Part shown: positions 49,244 to 59,069 of the stretch, one piece after another
Numbering within the stretch: position 1 is the first letter of the stretch
How the letters are laid out: each line of letters starts with the position of its first letter
Program-made: the position numbers and the translations under genes
Source: Phycisphaeraceae bacterium
Lineage (GTDB): Bacteria; Planctomycetota; Phycisphaerae; Phycisphaerales; Zrk34
Reading direction: 5' to 3'
NCBI GenBank assembly: GCA_040905565.1
Contig: JBBDRF010000078.1
Location: forward strand, 10,106 to 74,105
DNA: 64,000 nucleotides
The notes under the pieces: model-generated
What the model was told of the DNA's origin: nothing
Databases searched by the model: none
The model's input: only the letters and a program-made list of their open reading frames with translations

Positions 49244-50713
49244 ATGAACGTTTTCGCCGAGGTCGTCCTGATCGTGTACCTGCCGGCTGCGCTGGCGCTT
49301 TACCTGGTGTTCCCGCCGAGGCGTGCCACGCTGATCGTGCTCATCGGCGGCTGGCTTTTCCTGCCGGTCACGGGCATAGAGTTCCAGGGTATTCCGAACT
49401 ACACCAAGATGTCGGCGATCGCGATGGCGGTAGTTCTCGGCACGGTTGGGACGGAGCCGAAGCGTTTGCTGAACTTTCGGCCGCGCTGGTTCGATGTGCC
49501 GATGGCAATCTGGTGTTTCGTCCCGTTCGTGACGTCGATGAGCAACGACCTCGGTGTGTACGACGGGCTTTCGGCGATGCTGACGCAAACGTTGATGTGG
49601 GGCGTGCCGTGGCTGATGGGACGCGTCTGGTTCTCCGATGCCGAGGGGATGCGCGAACTGGCCATGGGCGTGATGATCGGCGGCATGATCTACGTCCCCC
49701 TCTGCCTGTACGAAGTGCGCATGAGTCCGCAGCTTCACAATACCTTCTACGGCGCGCCGCCTTCGTCGTTCATTCATGTCGGACGCTTCGGCGGGTTCCG
49801 CCCCGTCGTCTTCATGCGCAGCGGCTTGGAAGTCGGGCTCTGGATGACGGCCGGGACGCTCGCCGCCTTCTGGCTCTGGACGAGCGGCACCGTGCGGCAG
49901 GTGTTCGGCCTTCCGCTGGGGCCGCTGGTGGGCGGTCTCGCCATCACCGCCGTCCTCTGCAAATCGCTCGGGGCGCTGCTGCTGCTGATCGCCGGCCTCG
50001 GCATCCTCTACACCGCACGTTGGACACGCCTGGCCATCCCCGCCCTGATGCTCGCCGCGATAATCCCCACCTACATGTATGTCCGCACGACGGGCACGTG
50101 GATGGGTGAGAACGTCGTCAATGTCGCCGCCAGCATCTCCGAAGCGCGTGCTCAATCGCTCGGCTTCCGGTTCGACAATGAGGAGATTCTCATCGAGCGC
50201 GCGATCGAGAGACCGGTTTTCGGGTGGGGCGGCTGGGGACGCTCACGCGTGACTGACGAGGACACCGGCACCGACGTCTCCACAACCGACGGTATGTGGA
50301 TCATCGCCATGGGACAGTACGGAATCGTCGGCCTCACAGCCCTCACCACCGCCATGCTGCTGCCGATTGTTCTGCTCTGGAGGAGATGCCCGACGCGGTA
50401 CTGGCGCGGCCCGCCCGCAGTGCTTGCCGTCATTGTTCTGCTGTTCATGGCGGACAATCTGTTGAACGCCATGCCCAACCCGGTCTACATGATGGCCGCC
50501 GGCGCGGTCTGCGGCATGCCCGCGTTTCTCATGCGGGCGGTGGGCGCCGGTCAACTGAATCAGCGGGGCCAAGTGCCCCTGCCAAGCCAGACGCGCACCG
50601 TTCAGCCTTCGCGATCACGCACGTTGGCACGCGCCCCTCGGCAACGACCTGTGATCGCTCGACAGAGCACGAGGCCGCCGGACCCCTGGACGCCTCGGCC
50701 GCGCAGAATGTGA
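49244..50713 (+). CDS. O-antigen ligase/polymerase-like membrane protein
   Basis: About 12 TM segments; RAQSL.FR, P.FGWG.WGR, DG.W motifs. Confidence 0.75.
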   Translation: MNVFAEVVLIVYLPAALALYLVFPPRRATLIVLIGGWLFLPVTGIEFQGIPNYTKMSAIAMAVVLGTVGTEPKRLLNFRPRWFDVPMAIWCFVPFVTSMSNDLGVYDGLSAMLTQTLMWGVPWLMGRVWFSDAEGMRELAMGVMIGGMIYVPLCLYEVRMSPQLHNTFYGAPPSSFIHVGRFGGFRPVVFMRSGLEVGLWMTAGTLAAFWLWTSGTVRQVFGLPLGPLVGGLAITAVLCKSLGALLLLIAGLGILYTARWTRLAIPALMLAAIIPTYMYVRTTGTWMGENVVNVAASISEARAQSLGFRFDNEEILIERAIERPVFGWGGWGRSRVTDEDTGTDVSTTDGMWIIAMGQYGIVGLTALTTAMLLPIVLLWRRCPTRYWRGPPAVLAVIVLLFMADNLLNAMPNPVYMMAAGAVCGMPAFLMRAVGAGQLNQRGQVPLPSQTRTVQPSRSRTLARAPRQRPVIARQSTRPPDPWTPRPRRM

Positions 50714-50747
50714 ATGTCATGGTTCGGCGGTATCCGGCGGTGGGGGG

Positions 50748-51140
50748 TCAGCCGGCGTTCTCAAGAACGTGCTCTTCGACGAAGATGGGAACGTCGGTCG
50801 CGATGCCGATGGCAATCGCATCGGAAGGACGGCAATCCACCTCAACCGTCCGCTCATCGATGTTGATCACCAGCTGCGCAAAGAAAGTGTGCTCACGCAG
50901 GTCGTTGATCACGATGCGTTGAAGCTCGCCCCCGAGGTCTTCGATCATGTTCGCCAGCAGCTCGTGCGTCTGCGGCCGCTTGAGCGGGATGTTCTTCAGG
51001 CGTCGTTCGATCGCCGCGGCTTCATACAGGCCGATCACGATGGGGAATTTCCGCTCGCCGTCAATCTCACGCAACTCGATGAGTTGATAGTCCTGCGTCT
51101 CAGTGATCAGGATGCGGGAAAGCTCCATCTGCACGGCCAT
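50748..51140 (-). CDS. Bifunctional nuclease family protein (DUF151)
   Basis: PI.IG..EA.AI, RP.THEL, D.RPSDAIA. Confidence 0.92.
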   Translation of the reverse strand: MAVQMELSRILITETQDYQLIELREIDGERKFPIVIGLYEAAAIERRLKNIPLKRPQTHELLANMIEDLGGELQRIVINDLREHTFFAQLVINIDERTVEVDCRPSDAIAIGIATDVPIFVEEHVLENAG

Positions 51141-51295
51141 GGGTTACTCCTCGGCTGGCATGGTCATTGTGCGGCAGCGCGGACAAGACGGACGCGGGCA
51201 GCGGTCAACCTGACTCACTGTAGCGCCTTCGCCACCGACCGATCGCGGAGAATCTCCCGTGCCTTGGATGGGGACGCTGCTAAAGGAGCCGGCGA

Positions 51296-52798
51296 TCAGT
51301 CCAGCGGCTTCACGCGGACGTTGCGGTACCACACCGCATCGCCGTGATCCTGAAATCCGATGTGCCCCGAGCGCGGCAGATCCTTCAGCGCCGTGTCGAA
51401 CTTGTTTTCGGTGCCGTCGGGGTTGCGGTTCGCGGTGTCCCACGTGTCGATATCAAGATCGAGCACTACCTGGCCGTTGAGGATGCCGTGGATACGCGGC
51501 CCCTGACAGATGAGAATGAGGCGGTTCCATTCGCCGGCCGGCTTCATGGCGTTGGTCAGCGGGGCGGCGGCATCGTACAGCGACCCCGCGTCATGCCGAC
51601 CGGGGTTGGGATTCGCCGCGGTGTCGTACACCTGGACCTCAAAGCCGCCCTGCACAGCGTTGCCGGGATCGGTGCGGAAGAAGATGCCGGAGTTAGTGCC
51701 CTCGGCGACCTTGAACTCAACATCAAGAATGAAGTCTTCGTAGGCGTCCTTCGTCCAGATGTAGCCGCCGTCTTCTACCAGTGCCATGTTGCCTTCGCTG
51801 TCGATTTCCCAACCGCCCTCGCGGAAGGTCCAGCGGTCGAGATCGGAGCCGTCGAAAAGCGTCTCGTAGCCTTCGTCTTTGACGACGTTCGAAGGCAGAT
51901 CGTCGACATCAAGGTCGCCCAGGGCGTACTGGATGCCGTCGCGGTAGTACGTCATGATCGTCGGGTTCCAGAAGATATCTTCACGGTGACCAAGCGACGA
52001 ATAGAACACGCGACCTTCGCCGTAGGTGCGGACCCAGGCGACGGCGAAGTCGCCATCGGTGCGCTTCAAGCCGCCACGGTTCATGTCCGTGTTGTCGGTG
52101 TTCAAGCTGAGCAGCACACGCAGGTAGTTCCGCGAGTAGGGGGTGCGGAACTGGTAGATTTCGTCGGTAATGCGGAAATCTGTTTCGTCGAAGCATTCGC
52201 AGAGCAGGTGGTTCGGCTCGTTGACGTTGATGCCGACGGTGTCGCCTGCGTTCCACGGATGGCCGTCGAAGTAACCGCCGAGGAGTCGGCCGAACTCGGG
52301 CCAGTGATAGTTTGAGTCGCCGGCGGAGTGGTAGCCGACCAGCCCGCCGCCGTTGGCGACGAACTCGAGAATACTGTGACGAAGTTCGTGCTCGACTTCA
52401 TCCTTGCTGCCTTCGAAATGCTGCATGTCTTCATCACGCGGCCGAATCCAGTCGCCGGTGGTATTGTTGAGAATCAACGCGTCGAACTGGTGCAGATTCT
52501 CACGCGTCAGCATCTGGATGTCGTCGGTTTCGGTCGTCTCCCAGGCGCCGGTCTGCTCGCCCATCACCTTCATGGCGAAAGCGCCCTGCGGGATGGAACT
52601 ATGACGGAACCCCACCGCCCGGCTCCACACCAGCACCTTGCGCGGCTCATCCACCGCAACACGCGGCTCACTGGGCACAGCCTCACGGATGCGATCCTGA
52701 TGATCCTGCGGCACCTGCGCCAGAATCCCCTCCGCCAGAGCGGCCAAACCAAAGACGGTTACCATGGCGATCGTCGCGACGTGCTTTGCGTTATACAT
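51296..52798 (-). CDS. Secreted ThuA-like + DUF1080 (3-keto-disaccharide hydrolase) protein
   Basis: GFRHSSI, YG.GRVFYSSLGH; NSGIFFR, EVQ..D, GHIGFQDHG..V.YRN. Confidence 0.88.
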   Translation of the reverse strand: MYNAKHVATIAMVTVFGLAALAEGILAQVPQDHQDRIREAVPSEPRVAVDEPRKVLVWSRAVGFRHSSIPQGAFAMKVMGEQTGAWETTETDDIQMLTRENLHQFDALILNNTTGDWIRPRDEDMQHFEGSKDEVEHELRHSILEFVANGGGLVGYHSAGDSNYHWPEFGRLLGGYFDGHPWNAGDTVGINVNEPNHLLCECFDETDFRITDEIYQFRTPYSRNYLRVLLSLNTDNTDMNRGGLKRTDGDFAVAWVRTYGEGRVFYSSLGHREDIFWNPTIMTYYRDGIQYALGDLDVDDLPSNVVKDEGYETLFDGSDLDRWTFREGGWEIDSEGNMALVEDGGYIWTKDAYEDFILDVEFKVAEGTNSGIFFRTDPGNAVQGGFEVQVYDTAANPNPGRHDAGSLYDAAAPLTNAMKPAGEWNRLILICQGPRIHGILNGQVVLDLDIDTWDTANRNPDGTENKFDTALKDLPRSGHIGFQDHGDAVWYRNVRVKPLD

Positions 52799-52892
52799 AC
52801 GGCTCTCCCGTGAGTGAACAGTGGCTATAAGAGACTTATCTACTATACCAGCGCGGCCCGATTGAGCATACACCGAAAGGCCGGCTGGGCCG

Positions 52893-53990
52893 TCAGAGAA
52901 CCTTGAAGGCATCAAGATGAAACGCCGTCGCGTCGACGACTTCCCGGTGGCCGCATTCTTCGACGGCCGGCGGCTCGCCGCCTGAGAGAATCTCCAGCAC
53001 CGTCCGCACCCCGCGTGACAGCGACTCCAGTTGATAGCCGCCTTCGAGGACGAGCGCCAGCCGCCCCTGGCAATGCTCGTCCGCCAGTTCCTGCACGATG
53101 CGTGTCACGTTCGCCAGACCTTCGTAGCCGCAGTTCAGGCAGAGGTCCATGCGGTGCGGATCGAACCCCGCCGACACCAGAATCAGGTCAGGCTTGAACC
53201 ACTGAGCAGCCGGCACGAGAATTTCGCGAAAAGCCTTCACCAGCGCCAGGTCGCCCGCCCCCCCAGGCAGCGGCACGTTGACGGTGGTGCCTTCGCCGAG
53301 GCCGGCACCGACCTCGTCAAGATGGCCCGAGCCGGGATAGAACGGTGCGGCGCGATGCGTGTCGAAGAAGAGTACATCCGGGTCCGCCCAGAAGATGTCC
53401 TGCGTACCGTTGCCGTGATGGGCGTCCCAGTCCACGATCAAGACGCGTTCGCAATCCAGCGACGTCTGCGCATGCGCCGCCGCCACAGCCACATTGTTGA
53501 ACAGGCAGAAACCCCGCGCACGGACCGGCTCCGCGTGATGGCCCGGCGGTCGGCAAAGGGCGAAGGCGCTGTCGGCCCGGCCGGCGACGACGGCTTCGAC
53601 TGCTGCGATGGCCGACCCTGCCGCCACCTCCGCCGCTTCCACGCTCCCGGGTGAAACGGCCGTGGTGTCGACATCCAGCCAGGCGGACTTGCCGCGCAGC
53701 CGAAAAATTTCACGCAGGTAGGACGTGGTATGCACCCGGCCGAGTTGCTGTTCGGTCGCGATGACGCCCGGCTCGAAGAAGACGCCGGGCACCGGTTCGC
53801 TGCGTAGCAGGTCCATGATCTCCGTTACACGGCCGGGGTGCTCGGGGTACTTCCACCGCACAGCCAGCCCGTCGAGAATCTCGCGCACCCGCCGGTCCAG
53901 CCGTCCGGGAAGATACGGGTCCTCCACCTCCGGGCGGTGGTTGAGCATCCGCTCATCGTGGATCACCATCACGTTGCGATCACCAATCAC
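52893..53990 (-). CDS. Histone deacetylase family (acetyl-lysine/polyamine deacetylase) protein
   Basis: [34 protein letters not shown]. Confidence 0.95.
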   Translation of the reverse strand: MIGDRNVMVIHDERMLNHRPEVEDPYLPGRLDRRVREILDGLAVRWKYPEHPGRVTEIMDLLRSEPVPGVFFEPGVIATEQQLGRVHTTSYLREIFRLRGKSAWLDVDTTAVSPGSVEAAEVAAGSAIAAVEAVVAGRADSAFALCRPPGHHAEPVRARGFCLFNNVAVAAAHAQTSLDCERVLIVDWDAHHGNGTQDIFWADPDVLFFDTHRAAPFYPGSGHLDEVGAGLGEGTTVNVPLPGGAGDLALVKAFREILVPAAQWFKPDLILVSAGFDPHRMDLCLNCGYEGLANVTRIVQELADEHCQGRLALVLEGGYQLESLSRGVRTVLEILSGGEPPAVEECGHREVVDATAFHLDAFKVL

Positions 53991-54079
53991 GACTCATCTC
54001 CTGCCTCGGAACGAAGCCTCGAAACCCGCGCCGGTATTTTACCGCACCGGCAGCGGAACCCGGAGAAACCGAAGAAGAT

Positions 54080-55831
54080 TCACGCCCGCTGCTTCACCTG
54101 CAGCGTGCGAAGGCGGTTGATGGCCGCGGCGATTTCCGCACGCCGAGGCTGGGCGAAGTTGCCCGGATGCTCCCCCGCTTCGCCGAAGGGTCCCAGGGCC
54201 TCGAGCCCCTGCTCCGCGAGCCTCCGCTGCACCTGCTGCAGCACCTCCGCCAGCGTCCGCTGCCCATCCATGAACTGCGTGGCCAGATGAATGGCGCTGC
54301 CGATGGCGCGTGTCTGCGAAGGGTCGACGATCTGCTCGACCTGTCGCAGGTCGATCTCATGTTCGCCGAACGCGATCTGCTCCACGCCTCGCCCCTGAAT
54401 CTTCACCGCTCGCTTGCCCTTAGCCGCCGAGAGCGACGTCGCGATCGGGATGCGTGCCGTGGGCTCATTCAGCGCAGCCGCCGCCTCGGCCACGCGTGCC
54501 GACGGCATCCGGGCCGCGATCTGTTTCGCCTCGTCCGTCACGTCGCTCGGCTCGTACTCCCGCATCAATATCACACTGTCAGCAGCATCGAAATAGTCGC
54601 CCGACCCGCCCATCACCAGCACCGTCGATACGCCCAGCCGCTGATAAAGTTCACGCACCCGATCCACAAACGGCGTGATCGGCTCGTGCTCCTTGTGCAC
54701 CAGCTGCTGCATACGGGCATCGCGCACCATGAAGTTTGTCGCGGACGTATCCTCATCCAGTAGCAGCGTGGTCGCGCCGATCTCGATCGCTTCCACGATG
54801 TTCGCTGCCTGCGAGGTCGAGCCCGAGGCATCCTCCGATTGGAACGCCGCGGTGGACCGACCGCCCGGCAGGTCGCTGATGAAGGCAGCAATGTCGACCC
54901 GCTCCACCCGCCTGCCATCCTCTGCGCGAATCTTCACCGCCTCCGGCCGCGTCACCACGTACTCCCGCCCATCGCCCGGCACGTGAAAATACACACCCCG
55001 CTGAAGTGCTTCGAGCAGCGTACTCTTGCCGTGATAGCCGCCGCCCACGATCAGCGTCACCCCTTCGCCGATGCCCATCCCGCTCAACGCGCGCGTCCGC
55101 TGACCGTTCGGCAGCACGGCTTCATTCGGCAGCGTGATGCTCACCCGTTTGGCCTCGGGGGATTTGAAAGCGATCGCCTGTTCGCTCGGCAGCGGTCGGT
55201 CCGAGGCTCCCGATTCCCGAGGCAGAATCGACCCATCCGCCACGAACGCCACCAGCTTCATTGCCCCCAGTTGCTCTCGGATATGTGCCTGGTTCTCCAC
55301 GCACGCCACGAACGCTTCGGCCTCTTCACCGGGCAGGCTCTCCCATCGCAGGGCCGCCGTTGCGACAGCTGGTAGATCTTCACACAGCACCGCCGCCGCC
55401 TCTCGGCCGAGCACCTTCCGACCCGCCGCGGGCAGGCCGACTTCCAGCCGCGCTTCGACGAACGCGTCGGTCAGCCTCACCGCCGTGCGTTCCAGCACTT
55501 CCTGTTGACCAGCATCAATGCGGATCAGCCCCGACTTGCCCGAGCCCCTTCGCCCGCCGCTTTCGGTGATGATCGCCTGACGCACCTGTCGTGCAATGAA
55601 ATCGGCGAGGGCGATGTTGCGCGTCCGCGTGGCGAAGAGCGCGGCGGGCAGCGCTGCCGTTTGCTGATCGACCCGCAGCCGCACCTTTGACGGAGCCGCG
55701 AACGGGTCGCCCTGGACATGATCGACGTAAAGCATCACGCCGGGCTCGACTTCGTAACTGCCTGCGATGTCTTTGTACGCGCCGTAGCCGCGACCGTCGA
55801 TGCGTCGCAATGTCGTCAGCAAATCGTCCAT
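54080..55831 (-). CDS. ABC-class ATPase domain protein (COG3044-like)
   Basis: HVQGDPFA.PS, GGGYHGKSTLL, RAEDGR, ASGSTSQA, LDEDTSATNFM. Confidence 0.85.
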   Translation of the reverse strand: MDDLLTTLRRIDGRGYGAYKDIAGSYEVEPGVMLYVDHVQGDPFAAPSKVRLRVDQQTAALPAALFATRTRNIALADFIARQVRQAIITESGGRRGSGKSGLIRIDAGQQEVLERTAVRLTDAFVEARLEVGLPAAGRKVLGREAAAVLCEDLPAVATAALRWESLPGEEAEAFVACVENQAHIREQLGAMKLVAFVADGSILPRESGASDRPLPSEQAIAFKSPEAKRVSITLPNEAVLPNGQRTRALSGMGIGEGVTLIVGGGYHGKSTLLEALQRGVYFHVPGDGREYVVTRPEAVKIRAEDGRRVERVDIAAFISDLPGGRSTAAFQSEDASGSTSQAANIVEAIEIGATTLLLDEDTSATNFMVRDARMQQLVHKEHEPITPFVDRVRELYQRLGVSTVLVMGGSGDYFDAADSVILMREYEPSDVTDEAKQIAARMPSARVAEAAAALNEPTARIPIATSLSAAKGKRAVKIQGRGVEQIAFGEHEIDLRQVEQIVDPSQTRAIGSAIHLATQFMDGQRTLAEVLQQVQRRLAEQGLEALGPFGEAGEHPGNFAQPRRAEIAAAINRLRTLQVKQRA

Positions 55832-55886
55832 GCCTCTAATCACGCTTGTTCCTTCTGCTGCGGTTTGGGAAATAACGATATAGCTG

Positions 55887-56762
55887 TCATCGGCCGTCGG
55901 CATCGCGCTCAGCCAATTGCTTCTGAAGCGTCACGATCCGCTGGTGCAGGGCACGCACCTCAGCCGACGTGGCCGGGCTGCGGTTCGGGTCCGGCTCAAG
56001 GAAGGACGAAGCGATCGACGCCGTGATGTAGCCGAACACGGCCAGCGCATACACCGCCAGCAGCCACGCCAGCACCCGGCCTTCGGGCGTCTTGGGCCAA
56101 TACTCCGAACCAAGCGTGGTCATGATCATCGCGGTCCACCAGACGGCGTCGGCGTAGCTGGCGAGCCCGCCCGCCTCAGCTTCGCTCAGGTGACCGGCTG
56201 CACGCAGGGCGCTCGGTGTTTCGAAGATCGCCATGCCCGCCGCGCCGCCGAAGATCACCAGCACCGTCGCGGCGATCACATAGCCCAGACCACGCCGCCG
56301 AAGCGCCTTGTTCAGCGCCCACAGCGAACGGTTCAAGGACGTGATCACCCGCGCCAGACTGACCGATCGCATCAGCCTCGCCGCTCGCAGAAACCGCAGC
56401 CCCGCGAAGATGCGCAGCACCCGCAGCGCGGGCAGCATCAGCGAAATCGCCGTGAGCCAGTTCCGCCTGAGGAAGCCAAGCTTCCGCGGCGCAAGCGAGA
56501 AACGCAGCACAAAATCCAGAATGAATATCACCCAGATCCCATGGCTGATATACAGCAGCGTCGTCCCCAGCCCCTGCGTGAACTCGACGATCATCAGGAT
56601 CAGCCACACCAGCGCCAGCACGACCATCGGCCGTTCCGCCGTCGCCTCCAGCCGGTAGAAAAGCTTCCACCGTTGTCGGCGGGCCTCCCCCTCATCCATC
56701 GGCTTCGCGTCCCGCGCCTTGTCACCAGGCTTGTCGCCCAACACGGACCTCCCCTCCACCAT
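55887..56762 (-). CDS. 6-TM ion channel (voltage-gated K+ channel-like) with non-canonical pore
   Basis: Arg-rich S4 (LRVLRIFAGLRFLRAARLMR); pore helix DAVWW...TTLGSEYWP.T..GR; start uncertain (56762 or 56699). Confidence 0.85.
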   Translation of the reverse strand: MVEGRSVLGDKPGDKARDAKPMDEGEARRQRWKLFYRLEATAERPMVVLALVWLILMIVEFTQGLGTTLLYISHGIWVIFILDFVLRFSLAPRKLGFLRRNWLTAISLMLPALRVLRIFAGLRFLRAARLMRSVSLARVITSLNRSLWALNKALRRRGLGYVIAATVLVIFGGAAGMAIFETPSALRAAGHLSEAEAGGLASYADAVWWTAMIMTTLGSEYWPKTPEGRVLAWLLAVYALAVFGYITASIASSFLEPDPNRSPATSAEVRALHQRIVTLQKQLAERDADGR

Positions 56763-57069
56763 TTGCACCCAAAGTTTAGCGCCACCATCGGCCTCCCCAA
56801 ATGCTCCCCGCCACGCACCGCCCGCCGCACGCGACGATGGTGCAGAGAAGACTTTCAAGATTTGTTGACGTGAGCGCTTCGCCATTTGCGTTTGTGTCGC
56901 TATACTGTCCGCTGATCGATTGGGCCGTACACTGCGGTCCATCGGGCGAAAGGTCGAGCACCGCGTTCGACCGCTTTTTCAACAGTGACGCGCCGCAGGT
57001 TCCACTCGTGAGCATTAAGACGATTCGAGGCGAAGCTTCCGACGGTCACCCAGTCAGGAGCTTCGTGCT

Positions 57070-57396
57070 ATGAAAATTTACGTTGGCAACATGTCGTTTG
57101 ATACGACGCAGGCAACCCTTGAGGGTCTGTTCAACAACTACGGTCAGGTCGACGAAGTCGCCGTGATCACCGATCGGGAAACCGGTCGTCCCCGCGGCTT
57201 CGCTTTCGTCACGATGGCTGACGATAACGCAGCCCGTGAGGCGATCGAAGCCCTTAACGGCCAGGAATTCGAAGGCCGCACCCTTAACGTCAACGAAGCC
57301 AAGCCCCGCGAGAACCGCGGCGGCGGTGGCGGCTACGGCGGCGGCGGTGGCGGCGGTGGCCGTCGCGGCGGCGGCGGTGGCGGCGGCAACTGGTAA
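57070..57396 (+). CDS. RRM (RNP-1) glycine-rich RNA-binding protein
   Basis: KIYVGN (RNP2), RGFAFVTM (RNP1), VNEAKPR, Gly-rich tail. Confidence 0.95.
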   Translation: MKIYVGNMSFDTTQATLEGLFNNYGQVDEVAVITDRETGRPRGFAFVTMADDNAAREAIEALNGQEFEGRTLNVNEAKPRENRGGGGGYGGGGGGGGRRGGGGGGGNW

Positions 57397-57423
57397 GCTT
57401 CACGCTTCCAGCTAGTCAAAACT

Positions 57424-57463
57424 AAGCAACCCCGGTCGCATCTGCGATCGGGGTTGTTTATTT
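57424..57463 (+). terminator. Rho-independent terminator
   Basis: aagcaaccccggtcgc/gcgatcggggttgttt stem followed by T-rich tail. Confidence 0.85.
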
Positions 57464-57508
57464 GATGCACAGGTTTCCGCCCCGAACATCCAACGCAGCA
57501 ACATCGCC

Positions 57509-58777
57509 ATGACCGACGAAGCAGACATCGCCATCATCGGCGCGGGGGCCGCCGGTCTCACCGCAGCCATTTTCGCAGCCGAATCAGCCGCGCCCGATCA
57601 TCGCGTCGTGCTGCTCGATGGTGCCAAACGCGTCGGCGCAAAAATTCTCGTCGCAGGCGGCGGACGCTGCAACGTCACCCATCATCAGGTCAAAGCCGAC
57701 GATTTCAACGGCCCCCGCAACGTCGTCCGCAATGTCCTGCGAAGTTTCACCGTCGCCCAGACCATCGCCTGGTTCGAATCCATGGGCGTGTCGCTCAAGC
57801 GTGAAGAGACCGGCAAACTTTTCCCCGTCAGCGACGACGCCCACACCGTTCTCAATGCGCTGCTCGGCCGTGCCCGCGCCGTCGGGGCCACGCTCTTGAC
57901 GGAGCACCGCGTGCAGGACATCAAGCATGACGCCGACGGTTTCCTCATCACGCACAGCGGCGGCGAACTGCGAGCCCGCAAACTCATCATGGCCACGGGC
58001 GGTCGCTCACTTCCCAAAACCGGAAGCGACGGCGGCGGCTGGTCAATCATCAAACACCTCGGCCATACCGTCACGCCCACCTATCCCGCCCTCGTGCCGC
58101 TCGTGCTTGATGACAGTTTCTTCCACGCCCAGGTGTCGGGCATCGCGCAGGAGGTTGAACTGAAAACGTTCGCTGCAGGCAAGCTGATCGACCGCCGCCA
58201 CGGCTCGCTCCTCTGGACGCACTTCGGTATCAGCGGGCCCGTCGTCATGGACGCAAGCCGATTCTGGGTCATCGCCAACGAGACCACCAGCGACGCGCAA
58301 CTGCGAGCCGCAGTGCTGCCCGAACCGTTCGAGGTTGTCGAGAAGTGGCTCATCACACAAGCCGCCGCCGCGCCGAAACGGCCGCTCAGCGCGCTGCTGG
58401 CCGAGCGTTTACCCCGCCGCGTCGCCGAGGTGCTCACCGCACACGTCGCTCATCAAGATTCCGCGACGGCGACGGAGGCGAACCCCGCGATCGGCCGCAT
58501 GACGCGCGACCATCGGCGCGCCGTCGTGCATGCGCTGACGGATCTCACGCTGCCCGTCCTGCGTGACCGTGGCTGGAACTATGCCGAGGTCACCGCAGGC
58601 GGCGTGCCGATGACTGAGGTCAATCACCGCACCATGGCCTCGCGCCAGGTTGCCGGGCTGCATCTGGTGGGCGAGATGCTAGACGTCGAAGGCCGCATCG
58701 GCGGGTTCAACTTTCAGTGGGCCTGGGCCACCGGACACGCCGCGGGCCGCGCCGCCGGTGAGGCGGTCCGGTCGTAA
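57509..58777 (+). CDS. HI0933/YhiN/BaiN family flavoprotein
   Basis: GAGAAG, KIL..GGGRCNVT, ATGG.S.P.TGSDG.G, TH.GISGP, VTAGGV, GGFNFQWA. Confidence 0.93.
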   Translation: MTDEADIAIIGAGAAGLTAAIFAAESAAPDHRVVLLDGAKRVGAKILVAGGGRCNVTHHQVKADDFNGPRNVVRNVLRSFTVAQTIAWFESMGVSLKREETGKLFPVSDDAHTVLNALLGRARAVGATLLTEHRVQDIKHDADGFLITHSGGELRARKLIMATGGRSLPKTGSDGGGWSIIKHLGHTVTPTYPALVPLVLDDSFFHAQVSGIAQEVELKTFAAGKLIDRRHGSLLWTHFGISGPVVMDASRFWVIANETTSDAQLRAAVLPEPFEVVEKWLITQAAAAPKRPLSALLAERLPRRVAEVLTAHVAHQDSATATEANPAIGRMTRDHRRAVVHALTDLTLPVLRDRGWNYAEVTAGGVPMTEVNHRTMASRQVAGLHLVGEMLDVEGRIGGFNFQWAWATGHAAGRAAGEAVRS

Positions 58778-58843
58778 AAATAATCGCGCCGCCGCCGTCG
58801 CCTGAGTTAAGCCGCCACCTCATCGCACCCGATATAGAAGATA

Positions 58844-59017
58844 GGCCACGGGGCCTGAGACAAAAACGCGGCGTGCCGTCAGCACAGCGGACAGCACCGA
58901 CGGTCAGACACACTCTAATCTCAGGGTCGCCCATCGCGATCCGCCGTAGATGAACGCACCGGTTCGAGTGGTCCGCCGTACTGATCCACGCCGCGTTTTG
59001 TCCCAGGCCCCGTGGCC
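58844..59017. ncRNA. Candidate ~175-nt rod-shaped structured RNA, or MITE-like inverted-repeat element
   Basis: 58844-58875 pairs with 58987-59017; imperfect pairing continues inward to about 60 bp, then an internal bubble and an apical hairpin. Confidence 0.5.
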
Positions 59018-59069
59018 GTTTTCATGCGCCGGTTTTGACGCCGCACCTTCGCTACCCTACTTTTTGCGC

